The notes beneath the pieces are model-generated. The model had not been told where the DNA came from, made no database searches, and saw only the letters and a program-made list of their open reading frames with translations. This document shows positions 27,900-38,592 of a stretch of DNA of 64,000 nt, in pieces (position 1 is the stretch's first letter; each line of letters starts with the position of its first letter). This DNA is from Nitrospirota bacterium. Its GTDB lineage: Bacteria > Nitrospirota > UBA9217. The stretch lies in the NCBI GenBank assembly GCA_029858565.1, contig JAOUEV010000006.1:46963-110962 (forward strand). Direction: 5' to 3'. Made by a program: the position numbers and the translations under genes.

Positions 27900-30743
27900 C
27901 TACGATGCCATCTTGAGGTCTGTCCGGTACACTATGGAGATGAACTTGTCGGCTAACGACGGATCGAACTGCGTGCCCGAGCAACGCTTCAGCTCCGCGA
28001 TCGCCTCGCGGATGTCAAAGGTCTTCCGGTAGGGCCGCCAGCCGGTCATGGAGTCAAAGGCGTCGGCAACAGCAAGGATCCTGGCGAGGTCCGGGATCTG
28101 GTTGCCCTTCAGGCCGTCGGGATATCCTTTGCCGTCGAAGCGTTCATGGTGATGCCGCACGGCCGGAATGATCTGCTGCATCTGCTTGATCGGCGCGAGC
28201 AGTTCGGCGCCGTGCAGCGGATGGCGCTTGATGATCTCATACTCCTCGGTGCTCAGTACGGACTTCTTGTCCAGGATGGCATCGAAGGTTCCCAGCTTGC
28301 CCACATCATGCAGCAGCCCCGCCAGTTCGAGGTCGCGAAGCAGCTTGTCGTTCATGCCCAGCTCCTGTCCCAGCTGGAGCGCATAACGGGTCACGCGCTC
28401 CGAATGACCGGCGGTCCAGGACGACTTCGCATCAATGGCGTAGGAGAGCGATTTGACCGTGCCGAGCAGCAGTTCCTGCAGGTCCGTCAGGAGCCGGGTG
28501 TTCTCGAACGCCACGCCGATCAGTCCTGCCAGCTGCTCCAGGGTCGCGTAGTTCTCGGGCGTGAACGCAGCCGGTCTGCTGCTTGCTACGCTCAGCACGC
28601 CGATCGCGCTGCCTTTTGCCATGAGCGGGACCCGGAAAAGGGACCGGGTCCCGTCGGCACGGAGACGCTCCTCTTCGGGCAGGAGCGGTCCCGCTTTGCT
28701 GATATCGGGAAGATAGGAGGGACGGCAGGTCGCGAGGACCTCCGATGCCGCGGTAGTGACCAGGGCGAGACGTGAAACGTTATCGTGGTCGCGGCCGTTC
28801 AGCTCCGAGGAGATCCTTGCCAGGAACTCCCGGTCGGGGCCGGTCAGTATCGCCTCGGCGGTATCGCAGGGAATGATCCTCCGGATGTTCCGGACCGCCG
28901 CTTCCAGGATACCCTGGGGTTCCAGGCTGGACAGGATACTCAGATCGATCTCATGGATCACCTTGAGCGTTTCCATCTTATGAGCAAGGTCCATGGAACG
29001 CTCAAGCGCAGTGCGATATAAACAGGCCTCGTCAAGGGCAAGCGAGACCTCGCGTGAGATGCCTTCCACCATGCGACGGTCCCGTTCGGAAAAGACGCGG
29101 TTGTCATGGTATGCGGCCACCAGCAATCCGAGGCGATCGGCCCGGCCGTACAGGGGGATCGCCAGGAACGTGTTCGCGTTCAGCAGCCACGGAAAGGGGC
29201 GGGCGGTCCGGCAGGTCGCCTGGTCATCACCGAGCTGGCAGAGCAGGAACGGATTCTCTTCGGACGGGTCCGGCTCTGTTCGCCTCGCGACACAAGCGCG
29301 CCGCGAGTTCAGCGCGGTACGGACAAGATCGGAATCCCCTGCCGAGACATCGGTGCGGAACATGGGTACCGCTCCACGGGGGAGCGGCGTGTGCTGGCCC
29401 GGCCGCAACTGGTGTGCCGCGCTGTCCCAACTATAGGAGAAGAACGTGTCCGTGCCGAGGGTGCGGGCGCAGCAGGTCACGACCTGCTGCATAAGGCGAT
29501 CGGGATCCAGGGTGTCGGTCGCGGTCTCCGCCAGGGCCAGAAGATTTGTCGAGATCTCCATCTCCTGACGCATGGTCTCTTCCGCCTGTTTCATCTCGGT
29601 GACATCCTCCAGCACCTGCACACTGGAAATGATGGCGCCGTCGGCGTCCTGCACGGGGTAGACGCGTCCTCGAAAGATGCGCCGGATCGAGGGCACCGAG
29701 AACTCTTCCACGAAGTAGGGCTGATTTTCCGACAGAGGTTCCAGGTCGGGACGGCCGGTTATCACCGACTCCTCGAGCCGGGGAAAGATGTCATGAAACT
29801 TCCGGCCGATCAGCTCGCTGTAGGGTTTTCCCGCGACCTCCTGATACGCGCGGTTCGCGCGGATGATCCGGCAATCGCGGTCATGGATAAAAATTGGGTC
29901 CGAGATCGAGTCAAAGGTGACCTCCCACTCCTGCTTTGCCCGTTCAAGATGGTAAAACTCCTGCTGAAGTTTCGCTTCAGCTATCTTACGATCGGTTATA
30001 TCGCTCACCAGGCCGTCACAAGCCGCCAATCGGCCGGCAGCATCATACCGGGGCACGGGAGTGTTCTTGATCCACCGGATACTGCCGTTCTTGTGAATGA
30101 TCCGGTGCTCAAGAGGCGGCGGCGACTGACCTGCGTACACCTGTTCGGACATGCCGATGACCGCGTCTCGGTCGCTCTCGTAGATCATACGATACCACAG
30201 ATGGGGATCGGCCGCATATTCTTCCGACGTGTACCCTGTTACCGCGGCGCAGCCCGGGCTGTGCGCGGACGAGACCGGTCTCCCCTGTTCGATACGCAGG
30301 GTGTAGGTATAGTCCGTGACCGAAGCTAGCAGGCGAGCGTATCTGGCCTCGCTTTGCTCTAGAGCAGCAGCCAGAGCCCGCCGCCCGAGAGCGTCCCTGA
30401 CCGCGCGGATGACAGCTCCCGCGTTCATGACCGGGCCGACCACGTAGGAGCAGGCGCCCACGTCCAGCAGTTCCAATCCCTGCGCATCGTCCCGGACACC
30501 CAGGGCGATAATGGCGGGCGATTCGCTGCTGTATTGCTTTGCCGAGGAAAACCGCGCGGACAGGTTGCCGTTCGCGGACGCAACGTCGAGGAGAAGGACC
30601 GCATGAGTGCCTGACAAAGTCGCGGATCCGTCTGACAAAGCAACCTGACAGCGCAGCGAGGATTCGACCAGGGTGTCGCGAAGAAGCGCCGCGGTCCGGG
30701 CATCTTCCGAAACGATCAATATTGAACAATCATCCGCTGGCAT
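27900..30743 (-). CDS. HD-GYP cyclic-dinucleotide phosphodiesterase with degenerate REC, 2 PAS and 2 GAF domains
   Basis: TAGHSERV, LLHDVGK, HHHERFDGKGYPDGLKG, ADAFDSMT..RPYRK. Confidence 0.93.
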   Translation of the reverse strand: MPADDCSILIVSEDARTAALLRDTLVESSLRCQVALSDGSATLSGTHAVLLLDVASANGNLSARFSSAKQYSSESPAIIALGVRDDAQGLELLDVGACSYVVGPVMNAGAVIRAVRDALGRRALAAALEQSEARYARLLASVTDYTYTLRIEQGRPVSSAHSPGCAAVTGYTSEEYAADPHLWYRMIYESDRDAVIGMSEQVYAGQSPPPLEHRIIHKNGSIRWIKNTPVPRYDAAGRLAACDGLVSDITDRKIAEAKLQQEFYHLERAKQEWEVTFDSISDPIFIHDRDCRIIRANRAYQEVAGKPYSELIGRKFHDIFPRLEESVITGRPDLEPLSENQPYFVEEFSVPSIRRIFRGRVYPVQDADGAIISSVQVLEDVTEMKQAEETMRQEMEISTNLLALAETATDTLDPDRLMQQVVTCCARTLGTDTFFSYSWDSAAHQLRPGQHTPLPRGAVPMFRTDVSAGDSDLVRTALNSRRACVARRTEPDPSEENPFLLCQLGDDQATCRTARPFPWLLNANTFLAIPLYGRADRLGLLVAAYHDNRVFSERDRRMVEGISREVSLALDEACLYRTALERSMDLAHKMETLKVIHEIDLSILSSLEPQGILEAAVRNIRRIIPCDTAEAILTGPDREFLARISSELNGRDHDNVSRLALVTTAASEVLATCRPSYLPDISKAGPLLPEEERLRADGTRSLFRVPLMAKGSAIGVLSVASSRPAAFTPENYATLEQLAGLIGVAFENTRLLTDLQELLLGTVKSLSYAIDAKSSWTAGHSERVTRYALQLGQELGMNDKLLRDLELAGLLHDVGKLGTFDAILDKKSVLSTEEYEIIKRHPLHGAELLAPIKQMQQIIPAVRHHHERFDGKGYPDGLKGNQIPDLARILAVADAFDSMTGWRPYRKTFDIREAIAELKRCSGTQFDPSLADKFISIVYRTDLKMAS

Positions 30744-30795
30744 GGACCGTCTCCTGACGCTACTATCCGCGATGATGACGGTACCGCGGGAACTC

Positions 30796-31185
30796 TCAGG
30801 CTGCGCTGATGGATTTCACGCCTCCAGGCCCGTCCAGAGCGCTGCGTACGATACACGAAAGCTCTTTTGACAATACCGGCTTGTTAAGGTACTCGATAAC
30901 GCCCAGATTTATTGCCTGCAGGTAGCTTTCGATAGAGCCCCGAGATGTCACTACCAGAACGGGCAGCCCTGGCGACATGCGTCGCAGCATCGTGAGCAGG
31001 TCAAGGCCGTCCATGTCAGGGAGCTGCAGTTCCATGATGACAAGGTCCACGGGCATGCCGCTGCGGACTATCGTAAGGGCCGTGTTCGCCTCCGACACGA
31101 CAAAGGATCTCAGGCCCGACCGGTCAAGCACGCTGGGCAGGCTGCTGCCGCTGAATTCAGGATCTATGATAAGGACGGTCTTCAT
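30796..31185 (-). CDS. Single-domain pseudo-receiver (Glu at the phospho-Asp position)
   Basis: MKTVLIIDPE..VDLVIMELQLPDMDG..VLVVTS..IEYLNKP. Confidence 0.82.
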   Translation of the reverse strand: MKTVLIIDPEFSGSSLPSVLDRSGLRSFVVSEANTALTIVRSGMPVDLVIMELQLPDMDGLDLLTMLRRMSPGLPVLVVTSRGSIESYLQAINLGVIEYLNKPVLSKELSCIVRSALDGPGGVKSISAA

Positions 31186-31460
31186 CGTTCGTTCCTCTTT
31201 GCGGTAAGGACAGGAGAATGCGTGGCGTTCGGTCTTCGTCCCGTTGGTCCGCTGAACACGAGGTCCGGGCCGGCCGGAAATCTGTCCACATGACCGGATT
31301 CCGAGCGCGAGAACGCCTTCCGATAAACGGGACAGCGTGAGAACAGCGTATGCTCCCGGGGAGCGCAGTAATTCCTGAGCTCCTCCATCCCCGGCACATG
31401 GACCGTGCGGGCTGCGGAGCATGAATGCAGATAGATACCCCAGAGATAAGGACAGGTCAC
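31182..31460 (-). CDS. Small 4-Cys protein (C-x10-C-x17-C-x10-C)
   Basis: GTG start after GAGGA; TCPYLWGIYLHSC..HVP..NYC..FSRCPVY; stop overlaps the next ATG. Confidence 0.7.
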   Translation of the reverse strand: MTCPYLWGIYLHSCSAARTVHVPGMEELRNYCAPREHTLFSRCPVYRKAFSRSESGHVDRFPAGPDLVFSGPTGRRPNATHSPVLTAKRNER

Positions 31461-31482
31461 GGGATCCTCTTCCTGCCGCGGT

Positions 31483-31625
31483 CTATGCCGCGGCCACGGT
31501 TGCCTCCGGCATGCCGGAAGCAACGTCGGCCAGGGCCAGTTCGTCGCCCGAGAACACTCTGTCAATGTCCAGGATGATCAGGAAGCGGTCACCCTGTTTC
31601 CCCATGCCGCGGATGAAATCCGTAG
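31483..31625 (-). pseudogene. cheW: C-terminal CheW remnant
   Basis: DFIRGMGKQGDRFLIILDIDRVFSGDELAL matches EFIQGMGKHGNRFIIILDIDKVFTVDDVAL of 14974-15495; 5' part absent. Confidence 0.8.
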
Positions 31626-31630
31626 TAGAT

Positions 31631-33688
31631 CTAGTAGCACACGAAGTCTTTGTCCTTCCCGTCACCCTTGTCGTGGCCGGTGCGGCCTGGCTGTCCGAGG
31701 TGGATCTCCACACCCGCGGCTGGCGGGGTCTGCGGGACCGACGCCTTGGCCGTTTTTACTGCGGCATGGGCCAGGTTGGCGACAGGCGCTTTATGCTCAT
31801 GCCGTGCCGGGATCGTCGCTTTTGGCGCGATCTTCCTGCCGCTCCGTTCGGCGGCCTCCACCTTGAAGAATGATATGGTTTCCTTGAGCTGCTCGGCCTG
31901 GGAAGAAAGCTCTTCCGACGTCGAGGACATTTCCTCGGCCGCGCCCGCGTTCTGCTGGACCACCTGGTTCAACTGCTGGATGGAACCGTTGATCTGGTCC
32001 GCGCCGCTGGCCTGCTCCTTGCTCGCGGCGCTGATCTCCTGCACCAGTTCCGCGGTCTTCTGGATGTCGGGCACCAGTTTCGTCAGCATGGCCCCGGCCC
32101 GCTCCGAAACACCGACGCTCGACGCGGAGAGCTTGCTGATCTCCCCGGCGGCCGTCTGGCTGCGCTCGGCGAGCTTGCGCACTTCCGCCGCCACCACGGC
32201 GAAGCCCTTGCCGTGTTCGCCTGCCCGGGCTGCTTCGATAGCCGCGTTCAGGGCGAGCAGGTTCGTCTGGCGGGCGATTTCCTCGATGATGGAGATCCTG
32301 CTTGCGATGTCTTTCATGGCGGCCATGGCCTCGTTCACCGCCTTGCCGCTCTCGATCGCGTCGGCCGCGGACTTGAGGGCGATCTTCTCCGTCTGCATGG
32401 CGTTGTCCGCGTTCTGGCGGATCGTGGCGTTCATCTCCTCGATGGACGAGGACGCCTGCTCGGTGGAAGCAGCCTGTTCGGTGGCGCCCTGGGACATCTG
32501 TTCCGCGCCCGAGGAGAGTTGCTGGCTGCCGCTCGACACGTTGTCCGCAGCGGTCATGACGTCGCCTACGACGCTCCGGAGCTGGTCGAGCATCGCTGCG
32601 AGCGATTTGCCGAGAATGTCCTTGTCCGAAAGGACCATCACATTCCCCCGTAGTTCGCCGCCGGCTATCGCCTCGGCAGCCTGGGCAAGCGCCCGGAGGT
32701 TCTGGACCGCCTTGTTCAGGCTGGCGACGATCCTGGCGATCTCGTCCTGGCGCTCGGCAACCACCTCGATCGAAAGGTCTCCTTCGCTGAAGGCATCGAG
32801 CTTGCTGACCAGCAGGGCAACCTGACGCTGGAGATAGTCGCGCTGCTCGTCCGCCTCCTGCTGGAGTCGCTTGACTTCCGTAATGTCGATGACCACCTCC
32901 ATGCCGCCGTAGGGTTTGCCCTGCTCATCGAGGAGCGGCGAACAGGCGGCCTGCACCGGGATCTTCTTGCCGGACCTGGATTCGGCCACTGTCTCGCCGA
33001 TGATCGCCTGGCCCGTGCGGAAACAGTTCTTAAGCGTGCAGTTGTCCGTGCCGCAGAGGGGCGTTCTGCAGAGCTGGGCGCAGGTCATTTTGCCCACGAC
33101 CTCTTCCCGCCGGTATCCCATGGCGTTCAGGGCAGCGTCGTTGATCGACTTGATCAGCAGGTCGCGGTCGGTAACGAACATCGGCGCCGCGATGGACCTG
33201 AGGATGTTGTCGATTTCCCACTTGGCACGCACCACGTCGGTCTGGTCGATGATCACTTCCATGCCGCCGTAGATGTTCCCCTGGGCGTCCTTGAGGGGGG
33301 AGCAGGCGGCCTTGATGGGGATTTTTTTGCCGTCCCGCGTCTCCGCCACGGTTTCGCCGATGATCGTGTTGCCCGTGCGCATGCAGTTCTTGAGCGTGCA
33401 GTTGTCCGTGCCGCAGAGCGGGGTCTTCGCCAGCTGGGCGCAGGTCATCTTCCCGATCACTTCATCGCGCTGGTAACCCAGGGCCTTGAGGGCCGCATCA
33501 TTGATCGCGGTGATCATCAGGTCCCGGTCGACCACGTAGATCGGCGCCGCGCTGAAGGTCAGGACCGAATCAGAGCGGATGCTCTTCCAGTGATTGTCGA
33601 CGCGGTTTATTGCCGAAAGAGGCTTGCGCTTTCGGTGGCTGCTATGACCGTTCGCTTTCTTGTCCGCTGTCTTCAACAATGCTTTCAT
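31631..33688 (-). CDS. Soluble chemoreceptor with two tandem Cys-rich PAS domains
   Basis: No TM segment; duplicated [22 protein letters not shown] unit (360-bp period); [30 protein letters not shown]; AGGAGG RBS. Confidence 0.93.
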   Translation of the reverse strand: MKALLKTADKKANGHSSHRKRKPLSAINRVDNHWKSIRSDSVLTFSAAPIYVVDRDLMITAINDAALKALGYQRDEVIGKMTCAQLAKTPLCGTDNCTLKNCMRTGNTIIGETVAETRDGKKIPIKAACSPLKDAQGNIYGGMEVIIDQTDVVRAKWEIDNILRSIAAPMFVTDRDLLIKSINDAALNAMGYRREEVVGKMTCAQLCRTPLCGTDNCTLKNCFRTGQAIIGETVAESRSGKKIPVQAACSPLLDEQGKPYGGMEVVIDITEVKRLQQEADEQRDYLQRQVALLVSKLDAFSEGDLSIEVVAERQDEIARIVASLNKAVQNLRALAQAAEAIAGGELRGNVMVLSDKDILGKSLAAMLDQLRSVVGDVMTAADNVSSGSQQLSSGAEQMSQGATEQAASTEQASSSIEEMNATIRQNADNAMQTEKIALKSAADAIESGKAVNEAMAAMKDIASRISIIEEIARQTNLLALNAAIEAARAGEHGKGFAVVAAEVRKLAERSQTAAGEISKLSASSVGVSERAGAMLTKLVPDIQKTAELVQEISAASKEQASGADQINGSIQQLNQVVQQNAGAAEEMSSTSEELSSQAEQLKETISFFKVEAAERSGRKIAPKATIPARHEHKAPVANLAHAAVKTAKASVPQTPPAAGVEIHLGQPGRTGHDKGDGKDKDFVCY

Positions 33689-33757
33689 GATGAACCTCCT
33701 GATATTGTAATAGTGCTGTTTATCGACGACGAACATCCTGCGGAGTTTTCTGTCCGC

Positions 33758-34093
33758 TCATCGCATCCTCCATACACATCCTTCATCCGTTTCAATGCCG
33801 CATCCCGCACAGGGGGCGTACGAGTCCTTCGCGGCTCTGAGGAACAGGTCCGGGCTCGGGCCGGCGACGACAAAATCCTTGTGCTTCGTTCGCGACAGCC
33901 GGTAGGCGGCGCACAGGATCTTCACGCAGTCCGGATCAACCGCGGTCACCTGCTCGCAGTCCACGATCAGCCGTCCTGTGCGGTCCAGCGCGCGGCGAAG
34001 GTAGATCTTGAGCGTCTCGGCATAGTGGCGGGAAAGGTTCACCGGGAGCGTCAGCACCGCGACCGCGCCTGTGTCCTTCACCTCGAAATCCAT
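33758..34093 (-). CDS. STAS-domain (anti-anti-sigma-like) protein
   Basis: VLTL..L....AETLK..L..AL....RLIVDCEQVTAVD..CVKILCAAYR; C-terminal CxxC..C; AGGAGG RBS. Confidence 0.78.
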   Translation of the reverse strand: MDFEVKDTGAVAVLTLPVNLSRHYAETLKIYLRRALDRTGRLIVDCEQVTAVDPDCVKILCAAYRLSRTKHKDFVVAGPSPDLFLRAAKDSYAPCAGCGIETDEGCVWRMR

Positions 34094-34217
34094 GTCCAGC
34101 CTCCTTTCGCCTCAGGCATGAGGACCATGGAGTATTGATAGCAGTACTCGGGAGGGTTTGTCTATCGGTATGAATACGTAGCCCATAAGTACCCGGCGAA
34201 AACTGCCGGCGATACGC

Positions 34218-34233
34218 TGCATTCATCATGCCA
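34218..34233 (-). promoter_or_regulatory. Putative sigma54 (-24/-12) promoter for the STAS-MCP cluster
   Basis: Minus strand TGGCATGATGAATGCA (GG-N10-GC), about 125 nt upstream of the STAS start. Confidence 0.55.
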
Positions 34234-34905
34234 AGCGAGCTTGTGCATTATTCAGCGAGTCCCCGCAACCGAATGGCGCACCTGTGCACTGTTGCACCAG
34301 GATTCATCCAGGCGTACGGCACCGGCGGTAACATTGAGCAGGAAACGCAGGTAGCGCGGAAGCTGTGGGATAAAATCAATGGAGATGATGTAGCCGATGA
34401 GATTATCAGTAAAATTGCGTAGACGACAAATAGATGATCGCGAAGACGACCGTAAACAACGCGGTATCCAGGTGAGATCAGTATGTTCAGTGCGGTGAAT
34501 ACACAGTATCCCTTTATGATACACAGCAAGCTTGTTGCCGCGCGTCAAGAGGCCCCTCTGCGGCGAGACGTTCCGGATCATCGTGGGTGGAACAGCTTGC
34601 GTCGTGGTATGCGTAGGGCATTCGTGAGCAGGCGCTAAAAAAGAAAACAAAAAGATCAGCACGGACCTCGATGGTCAGCAGAGAAATTATGACAGAGATC
34701 GCCGGTGACATGAGCATATTTCAGAAGGGTATTTTTCGGGTATATAGCAAAGAGATAAAGTCTGGATTCCATCGGGATAACAAGAAGTTAAGTGTGCTCA
34801 AACAGCCATTTCCGTAAAAGCTGTTCTTTCGTGGCATTGATACATTATTCTTTACATCGCCGAAAGGCTCTCCTTAATATGCAGCCTGTTCAAAGGGGGC
34901 CGGGT

Positions 34906-35931
34906 TTGAAAGCGCTTTACTACGATGAGTTCAAGGGGCACCGGGGCATCAAGATGGGTGAGTTCCCCGTTCCCGAGATAGCGGAGAACGAGGTCCTCGT
35001 GCAGGTCAAGGCTTTCTCCCTGAACCACCTTGACGTTTGGGTGATGGAGGGAAAATACCCCGTACCGGTCACCCTGCCGCACACTTTCGGCTCCGATTCC
35101 GCGGGGATCGTGGTGAAGGCCGGCAAGCTGGTGACCCATGTAGCCCCGGGCGATGAGGTGATCATCTATCCGGGCCTGTCCTGCGGCAAATGCATACGCT
35201 GCTGTTCGGGCAGGGACAATGAATGCAAGGACTTCTCGCTTCTCGGCGTCCTGTCGAACGGCGTGTCGGCGGAATACGTGAAAGCTTCCGGCCACAATAT
35301 CTTCAAGAAACCTCAGGGCCTTTCCTTTGCCGAAGCCGCGGGCATCGGCATCACCTACACGACCTCCTGGAACTCGCTCATCCTCCGCGCCGGCATCCAG
35401 TACGGCGATACGGTGCTTGTCCATGCCGCGGGCAGCGGGGTCGGCACGGCCCTTATCCAGACAGCGCGGCTCTTCGGCGCCACGGTCATCGCAACGGTGG
35501 GCGACGACTGGAAGATCGAGCGTGCCCGGGAGCTTGGCGCGGACCATGTGATCAACCATACCCGGGAGGATTTCGTCGAGGCGGTCCGCAATTACACCTC
35601 CGGCGAACTGGCTGATATCGTGATCGATCATGTGGGCGCGGCAACGTTCAGCAAATCCCTTGCCGCCACGAAGCGGGGCGGCCGCGTTGTTACCTTCGGC
35701 GCCACGACCGGGGATGAGGCATCGGTGAGCCTTCGCCACATCTTCGGAAAGAACATGACCATTCACGGCGTATATGTCGGCCCCCGGTCGTCGGTCTGCC
35801 AGTATCTCCGCCTGTTTCCCCGCAAGCTCAAGACGGTCGTGGACTCGGTGTTCGATTTCGAGAATGCAGCCGGCGCCTACGAAAAGCTGCTCTCCCGCCG
35901 GTTCTTCGGCAAGATCGTCGTGCAGGTCTGA
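34906..35931 (+). CDS. Zinc-binding alcohol dehydrogenase / quinone oxidoreductase (MDR family)
   Basis: SLNHLDVW, CGKCIRCCSGRDNEC Zn loop, VLVHAAGSGVG, FGKIVV. Confidence 0.92.
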   Translation: MKALYYDEFKGHRGIKMGEFPVPEIAENEVLVQVKAFSLNHLDVWVMEGKYPVPVTLPHTFGSDSAGIVVKAGKLVTHVAPGDEVIIYPGLSCGKCIRCCSGRDNECKDFSLLGVLSNGVSAEYVKASGHNIFKKPQGLSFAEAAGIGITYTTSWNSLILRAGIQYGDTVLVHAAGSGVGTALIQTARLFGATVIATVGDDWKIERARELGADHVINHTREDFVEAVRNYTSGELADIVIDHVGAATFSKSLAATKRGGRVVTFGATTGDEASVSLRHIFGKNMTIHGVYVGPRSSVCQYLRLFPRKLKTVVDSVFDFENAAGAYEKLLSRRFFGKIVVQV

Positions 35932-36101
35932 CGACCCGGATCCTTTTCGTCCCGCTCGCTATTCCCCCTTTTCCCAGATTATCGGCCCGCAGTGATCTCC
36001 GTCTGTTCCCGAAATGACCTTGCGGACCTCCGCTCTTTATGAAATAATATAGCTGTGCGTTGCGAGATGCTTGTCCCTCATCCGCACGGGAGGTCCGCGC
36101 C

Positions 36102-38591
36102 TTGAAAACGAACGACCAGAGCGAATACCGCTACAACTTCCACGGTCTCGACAGGGAATCCCTGAAGCGGTCGCTCGTGAACCTGCTGGTCTACACCATG
36201 GGCAAGGACCATATAACGGCCACGCACCGCGACTGGTTCCATACGACCGCCTATGCCGTGCGCGAACGGCTCATCGAGCGCTGGATGGAGACCATGCGCA
36301 GCTACTACCGCGCCGATGCCAAACGCGTGTACTATCTTTCCCTCGAGTTCCTGACCGGCAGGCTGCTCTCGAACAGCCTCTTGAACCTGGGGATCTACGA
36401 CGCCTGCTGCGGCGCTCTCGCCGACCTGGACCTGGACATCAACCGCATCACGGAGTTGGAGAACGACGCGGCTCTGGGGAATGGGGGGCTCGGCAGGCTC
36501 GCGGCCTGCTTCCTCGACTCCCTGGCAACACTCGGCATCCCGGGCTACGGCTACGGCATCCGGTACGAATACGGCATGTTCACCCAGCGGATCGAGAACG
36601 GCTGGCAGGTGGAGCATCCGGACAACTGGCTGCGGTACGGCAATCCCTGGGAGTTCCCGCGTCCCGAGGTCCTCTATCCCGTGCACTTCGGTGGCCGCGT
36701 GGTGGAATACAGGGATGACCACGGCCGGCTGCGCCACCACTGGGTGGAGACCGAGGATGTGATGGCCATGGCCTTTGATACGCCCGTGCCGGGGTACGGC
36801 ACGGAAACGGTGAACAATATGCGGCTCTGGTCGGCAAAGGCATCGCGCGATTTCAACCTCAAGTACTTCAATGAAGGGAACTATATCCAGGCGGTCGCGG
36901 AGAAGAACGAGTCCGAGAATCTTTCAAAGGTGCTCTATCCCGACGACACCACGATCATGGGCAGGGAGCTCCGGCTCAAGCAGCAGTATTTCTTTGTCAG
37001 CGCGTCGCTCCAGGACATCCTGCGCAGGTTCACCAAGTATCACGCCGATCTCGATGAGCTGCCGGACGAGGTGGCGATCCAGCTGAACGACACCCATCCC
37101 TCGATCGCCATCCCGGAGCTCATGCGCATCCTGGTGGACACGCACCACCTGGACTGGGACCGCGCATGGAAGATCACGCAGGGAACCTTCTCCTATACCA
37201 ACCACACGCTCATGCCTGAGGCGCTCGAGACCTGGCCCGTGGACCTGTTCAGCGAGATCCTGCCCCGCCATCTCCAGATCATCTATGAGATCAACCGCCG
37301 CTTCCTTGACGACGTGCGGCATCGCTTTCCGGGCGACGTGGAGCTTGTCCGCCGCATGTCGCTGATCGACGAGACCGGCGGCAAGCGTGTGCGCATGGCG
37401 AACCTCTCCATCGTGGGCAGCCACGCAGTGAACGGGGTGTCGCGCATTCATACGGACCTGATGAAGGAGACCATCTTTTCCGACTTTGAGGGGTTCTTTC
37501 CGGGCAAGATAATCAACATTACGAACGGCATCACCCCGCGGCGGTGGCTCCACCAGGCCAATCCCGACCTGTCAAAGCTCATCACCTCGCGGCTCGGCGA
37601 GTGCTGGCTCAAGGACCTGTCGTGTCTCGCCAACCTCCGGCCGCTGGCCGAGGACGGGTCGTTCCGGCAGGAGTTCCGGGACGTGAAGCATGCGAACAAG
37701 CAGCGCCTTGCCGAAAGCATCAGCGCCTGGGTCAAGGTCGCGGTGAACCCCGACTCGCTCTTCGATGTCCAGACCAAACGCATCCACGAGTACAAGCGCC
37801 AGCTGCTGAACATTCTGCATGTGATAACGCGGTACAACCGGATCCGCGAGGGCCGGACGCAGGGCATGGCGCCGCGAACGGTGATCATCGGCGGAAAGGC
37901 CGCGCCGGGCTACTATATGGCCAAGCTGGTCATACGGCTCATCCACGGCGTGGCCGACGTGGTGAACAATGATCCCCAGGTGGGCGACCGGCTGAAGCTG
38001 GTGTTCCTGCCGAACTACAACGTCTCGAATGCCGAGAAGATCATCCCGGCCGCGTGTCTCTCCGAGCAGATCTCCACCGCAGGCACCGAAGCTTCAGGCA
38101 CGGGCAACATGAAGTTCGCGCTGAACGGAGCGCTCACCATCGGCACCCTCGACGGCGCGAACGTGGAAATGCGAGAAGAGGTGGGGGCGGAGAACTTCTT
38201 CATCTTCGGCCTCACCGCGGACCAGGTCGCCGAGGTGCGGGCGCAGGGCTACAATCCCTGGCATTACTACAACAGGAACGAAGAGCTCCGGAAAGCCCTC
38301 GACATGATCTTTGCGGGCTATTTCTCGCCTGATGAAACGCACCGCTTCCGGCCGATCGTGGACGCGCTCACCGGGAACGGCGACCACTATCTCCTGCTGG
38401 CGGATTATGAGTCGTACATTGCCTGCCAGGAGCGTGTGGACGCGCTGTTCCGGGACCAGGAGGAGTGGTCCCGCCGCGCGGTCCTGAATGTGGCGGGCAT
38501 GGGCAAGTTCTCCAGTGACCGGAGCATTCAGGAGTACGCGGAGAAGATCTGGAATGTGCAGCCGGTGAAGCGGGAGAAGAGGGAAAAGTGA
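36102..38591 (+). CDS. glgP: Glycogen/alpha-glucan phosphorylase
   Basis: LGNGGLGRLAACFLDS, QLNDTHP, KRIHEYKRQLLN, EASGTGNMKFALNG. Confidence 0.97.
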   Translation: MKTNDQSEYRYNFHGLDRESLKRSLVNLLVYTMGKDHITATHRDWFHTTAYAVRERLIERWMETMRSYYRADAKRVYYLSLEFLTGRLLSNSLLNLGIYDACCGALADLDLDINRITELENDAALGNGGLGRLAACFLDSLATLGIPGYGYGIRYEYGMFTQRIENGWQVEHPDNWLRYGNPWEFPRPEVLYPVHFGGRVVEYRDDHGRLRHHWVETEDVMAMAFDTPVPGYGTETVNNMRLWSAKASRDFNLKYFNEGNYIQAVAEKNESENLSKVLYPDDTTIMGRELRLKQQYFFVSASLQDILRRFTKYHADLDELPDEVAIQLNDTHPSIAIPELMRILVDTHHLDWDRAWKITQGTFSYTNHTLMPEALETWPVDLFSEILPRHLQIIYEINRRFLDDVRHRFPGDVELVRRMSLIDETGGKRVRMANLSIVGSHAVNGVSRIHTDLMKETIFSDFEGFFPGKIINITNGITPRRWLHQANPDLSKLITSRLGECWLKDLSCLANLRPLAEDGSFRQEFRDVKHANKQRLAESISAWVKVAVNPDSLFDVQTKRIHEYKRQLLNILHVITRYNRIREGRTQGMAPRTVIIGGKAAPGYYMAKLVIRLIHGVADVVNNDPQVGDRLKLVFLPNYNVSNAEKIIPAACLSEQISTAGTEASGTGNMKFALNGALTIGTLDGANVEMREEVGAENFFIFGLTADQVAEVRAQGYNPWHYYNRNEELRKALDMIFAGYFSPDETHRFRPIVDALTGNGDHYLLLADYESYIACQERVDALFRDQEEWSRRAVLNVAGMGKFSSDRSIQEYAEKIWNVQPVKREKREK

Positions 38592-38592
38592 T

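Noticed and set aside
34252-34717. Minus-strand ORFs of 136 and 67 aa in the gap before the dehydrogenase
   Set aside because: No recognisable motif or RBS; probably regulatory intergenic DNA
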